Source: Balanoglossus misakiensis (Eukaryota > Animalia > Hemichordata). Taken from it: a DNA stretch of 64,000 nucleotides. Shown here in pieces: positions 25,948 to 39,511 of this stretch. How positions within the stretch are numbered: position 1 is the first letter of the stretch; every line of letters starts with the position of its first letter. Both the position numbers and the translations under genes were made by a program. The notes beneath the pieces were generated by a model. That model saw nothing but the letters and a program-made list of their open reading frames with translations. It did not search any database and had not been told where the DNA came from. The DNA lies in the NCBI GenBank assembly GCA_040954595.2, contig CM082579.2, positions 15,476,550 through 15,540,549 on the forward strand. The letters run 5' to 3'.

Positions 25948-26628
25948 ATGACCCTCAACTATTGAAGACCATCACAGATATGACCCTCTATTTTTGAAGG
26001 TCACTGTGGACATGACCCTCAATTATTGAAGGCCATCACAGATATGACCCTCTATTTTTGAAGGTCACTGTGGACATGACCCTCAATTATTGAAGGCCAT
26101 CACAGATATGACCCTCTATTTTTGAAGGTCACTGTGGACATGACCCCCTATTTTTAAGGTCACTGTAGACATGACCCTCAATTATTGAAGGCCATCACAG
26201 ATATGACCCTCTATTTTTGAAGGTCACTGTGGACATGACCCTCAATTATTGAAGGCCGTCACAGATATGACCCTCTATTTTTGAAGGTCACTGTGGACAT
26301 GACCCTCTATTTTTGAAGGTCACTGTGGACATGACCCTCAATTATTGAAAGCCATCACAGACATGACCCTCTATATTTGAAGGGCACTGTGGACATGACC
26401 CTCAATTATTGAAGGCCATCACAGATATGACCCTCTATTTTTGAAGGTCACTGTGGACATGACCCTCTATTTTTGAAGGGCACTGTGGACATGACCCTCT
26501 ATTTTTGAAGGGCACTGTGGACATGACCCTCAATTATTGAAGGCCATCACAGATATGACCCTCTATTTTTGAAGGTCGCTATGGCAATGCCCCTCTTTCT
26601 GTGAAGGCCACTTTTGACGTGACCCTGA
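25948..26628. repeat. Minisatellite, 32-bp unit with two interspersed variants, about 21 copies
   Basis: A: atgaccctcaattattgaaggccatcacagat; B: atgaccctctatttttgaaggtcactgtggac. Confidence 0.95.
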
Positions 26629-27053
26629 AGACATCTGACTAGATGATCCCTTTTCTTTCATTTTCCCCCTCTGTTCACGAACTTTCGTATTAGAAATAAC
26701 CATTATTACAAATAGCTGTCAGTGATAGGCAGGAAGTTTTGAGGGACATGTTACATCATATTTCAATAGTTTTGTGTAGTTGTAGCATCACAACAAAATA
26801 CTCAAATGAACAATAATTTCAATTTTTTCTGAAAGCAATTTATTGTTAATAAAGTAAAAATAGGTATATACAACTTTATGAACAAAATCAGTGTATCTCA
26901 TAATCTGTGGTAAGACATATAGCATATGATGACCAGCTCACCTTAAAATGCAATCACTGGGAAAGGGACAGAACTACTGTCATTCGAATGGATGACCAAA
27001 TTTCAAAGCAATCAAATGTGTGGCAAAAATTCTCAAATATCTTGCTACCTTAA

Positions 27054-27227
27054 AGGTATACGGTCACCTATACAAATTTAGCCACAGTTACCATGGTAAA
27101 TCGAGATCTAACCAATCACAGATTTTCAGTGGGTGGCACACGCGAAAATAAAGCGTTCTTTAGAACACTCAAATACGCCATTTCAACTATATATGGCGAT
27201 ATGTAAATTGGAGGTGACTGTATGCCT
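27054..27227. mobile_element. Kolobok-like MITE with TTAA TSD
   Basis: TTAA|aggtatacggtcacct ... aggtgactgtatgcct|TTAA: 16-bp TIR with 2 mismatches and RR...YY termini. Confidence 0.7.
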
Positions 27228-27766
27228 TTAAATGGGTGTACATGTATATTTCCTGGGTATGAGATAAAACTTGGTGTGTGACTGACAGAATTTGAAGAAG
27301 GTGTTTTTCTACCATGTTTTACAAATGCAGATATGACACCCAACTACTATTTGACTCAAAGTGACTCTAGGCTCCAGTAAAAATAGAAGTTTTACAACAT
27401 GCAGCTTATACTGCATGTCACTTAAAATCCAATACAAGTCATTCACCCTACCCAAAAGTTGGGGGATTTTGCTAAAATCTAAATGGGAAAGGGGCTAGAG
27501 ATAAGCACTTTTTAGCACATGACAAATAACCATGGTCGTTTTGGTACAAGTACTGTTGACATCTTAACATTTCAAAAACCAAATATATATTTACAATCTT
27601 TTGTTTGCTTTGAGTGTCTGTATGTCACACATTATGAGAGGTACATTGAAAAATGTCTGCACAGAGTTGAGAAGGGCTAATAGATTCAGTTGTAGTAAAA
27701 TCACATGACTTATGGTTGTGTAGATTACTTGGACCATCCACATACACGGCTTCCATAAAACAGATC

Positions 27767-30700
27767 CTAGGCTTCATCTTCATCTTCTATGTCCATTATA
27801 CAGTTAACTACATCTTGGATGATGGAAAGATGGTCCAAGTCACTGGATGGAAAAATGCAATGTCGTCCTGCCTCTACTGCTGCTAACAAACCAGTTGCTG
27901 AAACAATGAAAAAACAGAACTGTCATATTTTACATTTCCATACTTCAATCTATATAAATACCAGATATTAACTGAATATGCTCACGTGCAGTACTGTGAT
28001 TGGTTGACAGAATAACAAGATTAGAAAAACCAGTGCTAAACCATTTTGGTTTATAGTGTATATGGTGTAAGGGTTGTGTGTTGCACCATTGTGAAATGTA
28101 AACATGTTTGTGGAATTGTTGCCTTGTCAATTTTTGTAAGGGGTTAGGGACGATGTCAAATAACAAAAAATAAGTTTAGCTTGAAACCCCTGCACTCCCC
28201 CTTGTAACGTAATTGTTGAATACTGATCAGTGCCTCTTATTATTTCATTATTGTGACAACTCCATATTTAAACCATAACCAGGATAGAAAAGTACACTAT
28301 CACACGTATTGATATTTCGACAATATTTGAATGAAAACATTTCTTTTCAATTCTGAGTTTACATCAGGTCTTGATTTCTGTTCATGCCTAAGAACCTCTT
28401 TAACAAGTTTCAATAAGGAAGACATTTTGGCAAACAACAGGAAATTCAGACAAATCTGACTGATATCACATATATGAATTCCCATTCAAAGTTTCCAATC
28501 AATTGGACTTGTGGTTTTACTGAAGACTATTTGGCCAAACCCTGCAGAAATTCCCAAAAAATACAATTATGCAAATTTCATTACAATTTGATCATATCTG
28601 ACTGAGATCACCCCTAGGAACCCAAATACAAAGTATCAAAACAATTGCACTTACAGTTTCACAGGATTTGATTTTTTGACAAAAACAGGAAATATTGCCA
28701 AAAATTGCATTTTTGCAAATTTCACCACCGTTTGCACAAATGTGATTCAGGTAAGCCCTATGAACCTCCATACCAAGTTTCCAATCAATTGGACATGTAA
28801 TTTCAGAGAAGATTTTTTTTTTAACAAAACTGCAGAAAATTCCCCAAAAAATTCATAAAAAATAGCAAACGCCAGATACTGACTCCACCTGAACAAAATC
28901 ATACGAGGTCTTCCCAAAGTACTTGCACACCAATGCACGCCAATTTTTAACTGAATCTGATCCGCTGTTATTAAGTTTTTCAATTTTGACTATTTGAACA
29001 TTTTTCCAGTTAATATTGCTATAAGCTGACATTGATATACATGTTAGCCAAAAACCAAAATCAACCTCAAAATAGACATTAAAATATATTGCACCACCAT
29101 GAGAAGACAAATTCATTCTTCGACAAATTTTCTGGGGCGTCATTGATATAGCATGGCATATTGTCAAAGTACGTAGTCTCTGTGATAAGATTCCATACAC
29201 ACAAAATGGTAACCTTGGAAGTCCAGCTGACGTAGTTATGCAATGGCGTCTCGTGTATTCCGTCGCCAAAAAATCATCGTAAAATTGATAGTCGGGGTCA
29301 CAATTCAAGACGACTTTCTCTAAATTCTTTATGAATGGATTAAATCGAAATCGAAATGTTGACGTATGACGTACGGAATGAGATCTGAACAGACATTCAA
29401 TGTTATCATTCTCGCTCGATCACATATTGGGTAGGCCATCTAGCAATCGCTATATAGTATTGGCGATAACAGACTGTCTATAAACACACAAAACGGATTT
29501 TACTGTTTAGTGTGATCAACCGCCATGTTATTTTTCTCTGAACAATAGACAAATAGAAAGCCTGGTGACATTTTGAGATTGACTGTAGATTAACAATTTA
29601 CGCTCTATGAAGCAACTAAACAACGTTAGCTTCCTTGTGGATTCACGTAGGGAAGTTATTCGTAACGACGGGTACAGCGTCTCAGCATGGACAGAACCAC
29701 GGCAATATCGCCAGGAATGTCTCATTTCACAAATTAAAAATTTGATAATTTCATTACTATCCAAGCCACACCTACCAAAACCTTTCCAGTTCTTGCCATT
29801 TAGATCCTGAAACTGTGTAACTGTAACGACGAGTACACTGTCTGAGCACAGAGCTATATACTATTACACAGCTACAGCCCAAGCTACAGCTAAACTGGAC
29901 TTTCTCATTCCACAGCGCCCTCAAACAGTCGATCTCCTCAAACTACCGTTTCCACTGGTCATATATGCGGCATTAACGAAAGCTCTCATAGACAACCATG
30001 TAATAGAAAAATTAAAACTTTAATAACTTCATTAATATCAAAGCCACACCCACCAAAACCTTTTCAGTTCTTGCCATATGATATCTGAACCTGTGTACTA
30101 AATTTGGTTGAAATCGGTTCAGCGGTTCTTGAGATATCGGGTATACAGACAGACACACACACATACATACACACACACAGACATCGCTAAACCATTAGCT
30201 CACGTGATTTTCACGTGAGCTAAAAATGATGACAAAGAAACACATACCCAGATTATTCTGAAAGCAAGTTTGACATTATTGTAATCCTGGATATCACACA
30301 TAATGTCATAATGGACCTGTTGATTATAAAATGGTATTGTACTTTTTACAAATAAGTCTTATTTATGACAGCCCCCCCCCCCCCCACCAGCATACTGTTG
30401 CTTTATTCTGAAGTTCTTGAATTAGTTGTCTCAAAGCTATATTTGATTATATCATGATTGAATACACCCTGTAATTTCATATAAAGAAACATACCTCTCT
30501 CACTATCTGAAACATGCAGGACCCACTCTCCAGGATGGCTTAACCAATTTATTGTTTGGCTGTAGAGGCCTGTTGGTATCTCACCACTCACTTGCTGTGT
30601 TTTTGTTGACCAGACATTCTGTGTTGTCTTGCTGAAATTTTCCAAATAAGATTTGCCGTCACCAAAGTAGCCTATAGCCAAACATTTCACAACATCTACC

Positions 30701-33700
30701 AATCCAGACTTTTGACCTACAGGTGAAATACAAAGGGATATAAACCTTTTGTTAGTGCCATGTACAGAAGAAGTAAAGTATCCTACTTGTACAATTATCT
30801 ATAGTTGACAAGTCATTGTCAATTGCAAAGTCCCTGATGACACATACTTATTACACTCGTCCAAAACATCACTGAAAAATCATTGTTGGCTGAAACATGC
30901 AAATGAATAAAAGCAAAGGAAATTCGTATAAGATGGTCACCTAGCAGCCTTATTTTGATACTGATAATATATGAAACATATTTAGGTACTTGCATGCCCA
31001 TTTTCCTGTCAATCTGTTCATTAGTTATTGAGTTTTTGATTTTGATACTCTAATTAAGATACCACAGTCAAGGTGGGGAGAAGAAGTTTTCAAGTTTTTG
31101 TAGTGGATGAAATTACATATATACAGATAAACAAGTGATCCTGTACTCTCCAAACTTGTATACATAATACATGTATACCAAGTTGCAACAGCATGTGTAA
31201 ATGGCCTTATTCTAACTTATATTGAATAAATACCTCTGGAACAGTTTTCCACATGGCAGTATGCCGGTTGAACGTAGCAGTTTTTTTCCTTCTTGAGAAC
31301 TCCCAGAACATCACTGATCTGCATTACATCACAAATTATTGCAATATTATACATCTTCTTTTGTGAATCACAGTTGACAGCTTTTATCATGACAACCAAT
31401 CGGTTGATATCATCAACAGACCATTCCTACAAGAAAAAATACGTTGAGTGTCATTAATAAAACTGTCATTGTGTAGTTGTACTCACAATGATAACTGTAT
31501 AAACAGTCAGTGTTGACAAGAATGACACTGGCAGTTTCAACAAGATAGAAATAGCTGTTGTTCATACAGCACAGTTAATGCCGGTCCCATATCATTTTTG
31601 TTATTAACCATGAACACAAGTTGTATACTGAGTGATATTCAGATATCAGTGAATACAATCACAGTTATATAGTTTTTAATGAGCTTTTAATCAAATTGAT
31701 GGATTCATACCAATGGAAGTACACGGGTGTAAGGTCATGAAGAGGTCATGGAAACGGCTAATTGGTTGCAAACATGTATGTGACAAGAGTAGAATTTTGA
31801 AATAAAAATAACTTACCTTAGGCATATCAATCAATGTTAAGTCAATGCCAGAAAACCCTGGGCAGTGTTCCTTTAGGAGAACTGTATTTAAATTTTGGAC
31901 AGCCTCTGAGATCGTAAAAGCATATGTCCCATTTTGGGAATATGCTGCAGCCTTTTTCGTGTTATCTTTGTACTTCTCCAACAGAAGCAACCGCTGGCAG
32001 TAGTTGACAAATCCGTCTGGAATTCCTCTGGAGAAGGACAGCTTGGTAAATTCCTCCAGTCTCTCACGTGTTGCTTCTTTCGGAAATCGTTCAGTCGCTT
32101 CTTTCCACCCACCATCCAAACAGTTTGTCTGTTGACAAAAGCTCCTCTGTATAATGTCTAACTTTTTCAGAGTCGATGCCTCCTTACACATTTCAGCATA
32201 TGACATAGTGCTGTCAATTACATTTTCCAACAGCAGGCGCTGATCCTCAGTGTCTATACAGAAAAAGTCTTGGAGTTTGCTGTAGGGTAGAACAGGTCGA
32301 TTCTTATACTCTTCTCCTTTTAACTTCTGGTCTTTGGTTGCCCCATCTTCATACATCTCTATAACAGACATCATCAGTTCAAAGTTTTCAACCATGGATG
32401 AAATCCCATAAATAGTTTGCATCATGGCACTGTTGACTCTCTGTAAAATGAAAAAAAAAATGATTACAAAATTGTTTTCATACAAGTATAGTCATAAAAT
32501 CATACTACTTAGACCGATTTCACACATATTTATAAGTAACTATAAATCAGTGGAATCCAAAAAAAAAAAATCATTGAGGAATATTTGCCAATTTGTGTGA
32601 GGTGTTTATGTATTGGTTGTTTCGTCTGTTATTGTCAAATGCTATACCTTGTCAAATTGATTTTCATAGAAAGCTAAAGCTCTATATACACAATGTCATT
32701 CATAATATTTTCTAAATCATATTGGGACATCAATCAGGAGAGTTTTCGTACATGGTAAAAAAGCATTGAAAGCTGGGAGGAATTAGAGACATAAGGTATC
32801 TATGGAGTAATTTTCCTTCAGGAGAACATCGGGTCTGACTACAATCAATATAAGAAATATTAAAAACCACTGAAAACATGGTAAAGCTGCACAAATATAA
32901 ATACATGTACTTGCCTCTTTCAAAATCAAAGCACACGATTTTTCCCAATTCGCTTTGTCGTCCTCATTTCTTGTTCTTTCATAGAGTTCTCTACACACTT
33001 TGACCTACAAACACAAGAATAGATTACAGCCATTATTAGTCAATACTGTGTGTACTAACATTTCATATTAATTAGTATCCCAACAATTAATTGATCCTGA
33101 ATGCAAAGTGAGATGAAATGCAGAAGAATACCAGTTTTTTGTGTTAAAACAAACAAGCTCCAATGATAATCATTTTTGATATTGTGAACATGTCAGCCGA
33201 TGGAACATCAGTGATCTCACAAAAAATCATATTTGTGCCTAAATAAAAAACTAAGCTATATGAATTTTCTCCATCATTCAACTTCTGTCAGTGTTGTTTC
33301 AACTTTTTTTAAGAGTTTTTTTTTTTTTTTTTTTTTTGGGGGGGGGGTGCAGATATGAAGTAGCTAAAAAGCATACCAGCTAAAAGATGTGTTTCAGAGT
33401 ACAATCTTGTTGTTAAATTCAGGACAATAGTGACTAGGACAGAAGCCAATAACACTGCAATGTAATGTTTCTTACAATTCCTAAAACTTTATTTCCCAAC
33501 ATTGTCTTATCTGTGTTGAATTAGGATTTGATTTGTAATTGTCATGATCATTATAACACTCATTCACATCACACACATTACCTTATCTTTAAAGCTCATC
33601 TTGCTGTGCTGTTGCATTGTGATGTTGTGTTGGTTGGCTAACCACAGTCTCTGCTCCTCATTCAAGTCAGCATACACCACAGCATATCTGGACTGCAGCT

Positions 33701-36700
33701 CTTCCCTATCGGGGTATTTTTCAGCCAGATTCTTTACAGCAAGATACGAGTGTTGGCCTCCAATCACTTCGTAAGTGTAACCATTGACCTAAAATTTGCA
33801 ATTAATATATACATTAAAATTAACATGGGTTATGAATCTAATTTTCAAATCAATCCAACCAGCAGTTTTCAAGATTTATACTGATCACTCTCATGTTTGT
33901 TTCAGCTAATATGATGGTAGTGTCAAACAAAATCTCAATCCAGTGTGCAACTAGAAAAATAATAAAAGATGATCCATCCTTTGTTTCCAAAATATTTGTA
34001 GAGGAAACTATTATGTCATATACATGTACGCAAATGTACATTTTCCAGCCAATAGGAACTTAGCTTGCCATACATATCCCAAATAGGAGCAAAGAATATT
34101 ATGGCATAACATATAAACCTGTCCAAATAAATCAGACTGATCATGCAAATGAACAATAAAACCACTGTCCTTGTTAGCCTTAGAAATAAGAAATAAATTG
34201 TATTACAGTAATATACATTTTTTGCACTTACATTGCTGTCTCTGAAGTTTAGCTTGGTTTCTCCCTTCAAAACGACAGCAAGTGGCTGATATGCTTCGTT
34301 GTAGAACTCCTCCATATACTCCTGAAGGTGCCTTACCCAATCTTCATTTACTTCACGGATTTGTTTTCCAACTTCCATTGATTTGATGCTTATAAGATAT
34401 GTTCCTATGAAATGGTGAAATTTCAAATACCATTGTCAATTATATTCACAAAGATTACTCATAAAAACAGAAAATCTTTTTCTGTATTGATATTGTTACT
34501 GTAAGTTACTGTTACAAGTTTATTGCTAAAATGCACACAATATTGCTTCAGCCGTGCACGTATTACAATATGGGACTTTCTAGCTGAATTTAGTTACCAC
34601 CATATAAAACAAGTCTTTCTAGAAAGATACAAGCTGCCACTTCTAGTGTCTAAGCTTGATTCATGTTTACATACCAATATGACAACTTCTGATACTTTTC
34701 TTCATCGCTTCGGTTTCTTTGTCAATTTCAGCAACCTTTTCGTGTATTTTCTTTCGCTTTTGTAGAGATGGTATGGCCAGTGCTCTGGCTTGATCACACA
34801 GCCTTTTCCTCTTCCTTGATTTTTTTTTCCTTGGAGTTTGAGTTCTGGATAAAAGAAAAATACACAGAATTACTTCTTTTTGTGAAGAAGCAAATTTTTA
34901 GATAAGTAGGAAAGAAACGTAGTTTCACGCATCTCAGACATCATGCATCATTCTTAAACACATTTTGAGTTCATCATTGTCATAAAAGTCTAGTGAGAGA
35001 CTTATCAAGCAATATGTCCCTGATTATGTTGCAATTTCAAAGATGAAATGAACTCATGGTTTTAATCTAGAAAGAAACATGACACATTTTGCATCTTTCA
35101 TGACATGTCCATTGCCAGATATTTATCTGCTGTGTTCTGCTAGAAATTTACCTGTAGAAAATGTTAAAGCCAAAAATCATGTTGGACTCTCACAGGAATT
35201 TCAAGTCGTTCAAAAAATGTTTATAGGGATAAACTGTGTTTACGCCATCTTGGAAATTTGCAGTGCATTATGGGTCAATTGAGTTCTCGTTGGGGGGGAG
35301 TAGCGTCTACAACCGCTGGAAAATTGGATAGGTTGTAGACGCTACTCCCCCCAAACCGGAACTCAATTGACCCATAATGCACTGCAAATTTCCAAGATGG
35401 CGTAAACACAGTTTATCCCTATAGGGTAGGTTTGGTTACTTGAAACTGACAATATATTTGTGAGCCTCAACACTTACCCTGCGGTATTTGGTTCTGAACT
35501 AGGGCTATTTTCCTCTACACTTGGGCAATCTTCCTCTTCATCCATGTCATCTTCATCAGACAATTCCACACTTGACACAGACATAGTACTGCACGGTGAT
35601 GAACTTGTCTCCCCAGTTTTTTCCAATTCCAGCAGCCTATTGAACTCTTCTGCGAAGTCAACTGGAGTCTGATAATCTCGTAATTTCCGAGAAAATTCAC
35701 TCTTGTTCCAGGTGAACGATGAACGAGAGAGCTTGAAGGGATTTTCAACTGGAAGGCTGAATACAATCTAGTATGAGAAATAAACAGTTTGTTAGTGAAC
35801 TATAGTTTCAAAAGTTACTACATCATGCACAGCACCAACATAAATCTACACAGCTTAGCTTGAGTGGTCTGGTAGTCTATGCACCAAAATAAACACGGCA
35901 AATAAGAAATTCACATGAACATACATGTATGGCATAGTCAGCAGCACAGTGGATTCCCAACAATACAAAACTGGTCAGTTTTTTTTTTCAATCTGTGGCA
36001 TGTTATTGAATGTGGTTTATTGAATGTGGTCAGGTGCACAAGAAAAGCTAGAACTGATTTGAAAAACTGATTGGCCCATGTATAACGCCCCTGCTTTAGC
36101 TGGGTATGTAGAGAACTACGCGAGGCCCTAGTGTTTTCTGGTTTCCAATTTTCAAAGACAATGTTACGCCAATGTTGTACCTTTTTCGGGTCCCAAACAC
36201 GTTCGACGACGTCACGTCGTCAGGTTAAAAGTCATTTCAAAGCCCGGGAACTCACATACCTACACAACGCAGGGCTAAGGCTATGACGTCATGATGCAAA
36301 ACCCATACTTTTCATTAGCTTTGTGTACACGATCAACGCCGCTGGTTTGGGAAACGCGATCGTTGATCGAGTATTGCATAGCCACATACGATTCAATGAA
36401 TTTGAGAGTACGAGACCAGAAATATTACATCGCAGTGGCCTGGAGCACAGTCGCCTGGGAGTTGGGTCGTAAACACTGCGCCGTGTATACGATCCAACTC
36501 CCAGTCGACTGTGCCTAGTCTAGGGGTACCACAAGCATTTGTAATGGCGCCCATTTTTGAAGTTGGCTAAATAAACGGATCACGACCGGAACTGAAGCAA
36601 GATAAGACCTTAAATACTTACCTTGACAAAGTCATCGTTTTTTTCGGCATGGGCACCACTATCATAGGCTACAACTTTCCTTACTGCGCTGTATGGAGTG

Positions 36701-36807
36701 CTTTTCTTTTTCGGATGAAGTTTTGAGGGGCCACTGTCCTTGTAGTCGAAATATACAAACACGGCATCGTTTTCCCGTTCGAACCACCAACGGCGCGCTC
36801 TAGGCAT
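27767..36807 (-). CDS. 10-exon gene (~761 aa): ParB/Srx-like domain plus degenerate beta-class N6/N4 DNA methyltransferase-like domain
   Basis: Exons 36807-36622, 35767-35478, 34844-34675, 34404-34232, 33788-33582, 33004-32915 (GC donor), 32440-31817, 31426-31234, 30716-30495 and 27897-27767 join in one stop-free frame (2286 nt). Motifs: IREVNEDWVRHL..QPLAVV..YEVIGGQHSYLAVKNL; GIDLTLIDMPK; LYSQTINWLSHPGEWVLHVSDSERATGLLAAVEAGRHCI. Confidence 0.8.
28330..30225 (-). mobile_element. Intronic HINE/Helentron-like repeat, probably composite; left boundary uncertain
   Basis: Terminal hairpin ttagctcacgtgattttcacgtgagctaa (about 30195-30223) lies next to a (CAGA)/(CA)n microsatellite. Core repeats aaagtttccaatcaattggac occur at ~28488 and ~28775. 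Confidence 0.55.
35222..35423. mobile_element. Fold-back MITE with ~90-bp near-perfect arms and TA ends, intronic
   Basis: tatagggataaactgtgtttacgccatcttggaaatttgcagtgcattatgggtcaattgagttc...gagtagcgtctacaacc is mirrored by ggttgtagacgctactc...acacagtttatccctata. Confidence 0.85.
36445..36514. repeat. Short imperfect hairpin / micro-MITE
   Basis: gcacagtcgcctgggagttgggtcgtaaacac pairs with gtgtatacgatccaactcccagtcgactgtgc. Confidence 0.65.
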
Positions 36808-37458
36808 TTTGGACAGGCAATCACTGAGCTCTTGTCGTGTTCTAAATTCATACTGTACAAGTTCAAGTTTATATACACCAACAAGAAGCCCATGTCGCCG
36901 ACGAGGCTGGCGACGCTTTGCATAATTAAGTCAATCCGCATTGACATTTCACCTCCCAGGGAATATTTGCATTTTAAAGGTCATGGGGTCAGCCGTGGCA
37001 CACACCTGTACACGTACATAGGATCTGGGAGTACATGTATTTGTGACTGCAAAAGTACTAATAATCGATATAGGCCTATACATTAAATAAATGTTTTAGA
37101 TGTGATGGACAATATTTGCTGGTGTAATTAACACTCCTCCACTCTTCAACGGGGAAATCAGTAAATCAAAATGTATTCAACTGTATGATGCACCATATAG
37201 GGTATGACCGTAATTGTGAACCCGAACATAGAAAGACAAGTCTCTTTATACAGTGTGGCAACAGCTACGTGCCCTCACCGTCCCTCCGAACGCCGGCCGA
37301 AGCCTATACTAGTACTTAGTAAACTCTTTTTATTTCAACAGAAGGAGTTTGTTTTCCGTAGGTTCGTGTTGCGAAAAATAGGCCAAAGGCAGCTCTTGCT
37401 GGCGAGAATGAGAAATAAATGTGTTCCCGGTCACCCTAAAACTTTTTTTCTTGGGAGT

Positions 37459-37812
37459 TAGCTCTGCGTACAGGTCTGTGTGTTTCCGGCGTTACACGGT
37501 TACCGGTTGAGATAGACATATTGCATGCAGGCTTAGGCCCAGGCCTACAGCGAGTTTATTTCCATGGATAGGCCTAAACACAAAGGTTTTAGAAAGCGAG
37601 CGATTCGGACGTTATAAGAAGTAAATCACATCATATTTGGACTTGTTTAGGAGTAAGAAGTAGACAGGGAAAGGATTTTCCCCCCGCAAACATCGAATTT
37701 CGGCTGAAAAGCTGCGGTCCGGACGCACCAGTTTTGTCTATGGAGCCGTGCAGGGCCGTGGTGGAGGCCGTGTAACGCCGGGAGCACACACACAGACCTG
37801 TACGCAGGGTAA
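37459..37812. mobile_element. Palindromic MITE with 9-bp TSD (AcademH-like)
   Basis: Arms tagctctgcgtacaggtctgtgtg..ccggcgttacacgg and ccgtgtaacgccggg..cacacagacctgtacgcagggtaa. Flanks cttgggagt / ctcgggagt. Confidence 0.75.
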
Positions 37813-39480
37813 CTCGGGAGTGAGCTTTAATAAATGGGGTGAAAATCGGGTGTGATTTCAGATTGAGATCCAGGTTTAATGACACTTGTTTTTAATCGTT
37901 TATTTCTCCTTATATTTCATGTTTTCCCCCAACACAATATATATTTTCTGTTAGCTTTATAGGCCTACTTAATTTTCGGTTCTCTTTCTGTTTTGCGAAA
38001 ATGCACAATTGTCAGTATGTTTACTCAAAGAATTGTAAATAAAAAGACAGTGCCTCCAGGTGATCGACACCTGGATATATTGGAGAAAATAACTTACCAT
38101 GGAATTTTGATATTCACTTATTCACTTTTGTTTTCGAACAATGAGACTTTTGAATTGCCAACTGTCAATTTTTTGCATAAAAACGATCATAAATAGTACT
38201 TACTCACTGTGTTGTTATGTTTTAATGAAGTAGTATAATACTTGAGACTTGAGAACAAGCCATTTTAATCTAGAACGTTGTGCACGTTCATAAATCGGGG
38301 GAGAATCGGGGAAAAACGACACCATTACTGACAGAGTACAATATTGATTTGTTATACAGCAAACACGGGGCTGTTAATCCCCGACACTGATAACTTCTCG
38401 AAATGACACTAATCCCGTTAAGTACACACTTAGCCCGTTAAGTACTAGTATACACTTCTGAAAACCCATTTTTATCTTATTTTCTCACTCCTACAGTAAC
38501 ATGTTTTAGTAATTGTACATTTGGGGGTGTTTCATTGCTCTGTGCCCGGTAAATTAGTCTATGCCACGGAGCATGATGATCGGGTCCTGATGGAAGCCAT
38601 AGTTGACAATCATGCTGGAAGTCGCTTGACAAAGTATGCCTGTCAAACTTCCTGTTTTTGCTGCTAGCCTAACTTTCGAAAACTCAGATTTGCATATCTT
38701 GACGTTATCCCCTGGGCTCCTGTGAATCGGTTACCAAACTTCAACACTAATCCGGTGACAATTAATCAGAAACGTTGGCTTCTCCAGATTTCTGGTAGGA
38801 AGCTACGGGGATGACAGTAGGAATAGTTTTGGTTTTAGTCCCAGCTTAGCTACTCGCTTCAGAGGGATGAAATGGTTCGATATGAACGGCACTGTCCGCA
38901 GACAAAGCAGCGAAATGGGTTTTTCTCGCTTGACACTTTTATTTATACCACACTGTAATACGGAATGATCTGCAAGAAGTTTAAATGAAATGTTAGAATA
39001 CAGAATACACGATAGGGAAAGTACGGTACAAAAAACAGACTCTTACTTAGGCCTACCCCCACCCCCCTCAGGAGTTTACCACTGCCAGTACCATGCATAA
39101 CCAGCTGGTACGCGCATGGTGTGAATAGGTGTGAATATTGGGACCAGGGTACCCCCCCCCCCCCCGGCCTCATCATGTACTGGAGGTGTGAATCGGGACC
39201 CCTCGAAATAAACAGTTTGTATATAGTCTCGGGCCCAGGTGTTTCTAGACTAAACCTCGCAGGCACCTCCAGGACTAAACCAATGATGGTTATCTCAGGT
39301 GTTTGGAGCGAGTGTGCCCATACGTATAAATGACAAATTTGTACAATTATTTGCCCATTCTTTAACTCGTTTCATGGTTTCATTTAGTTCGTTACTCATA
39401 GGAAAGTGATATTATTCACTAGATCTTTAGAATGAGACGTACATATACATTTGGGTTGCCGATTGGCTACACCTACCCCC

Positions 39481-39511
<31 letters not shown>

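Noticed and set aside
36681-36947. Alternative first coding exon (88-aa ORF containing CPKC)
   Set aside because: It stops before the donor at 36621. Only the 36807 frame splices in phase to the next exon, although the true start remains unverified.
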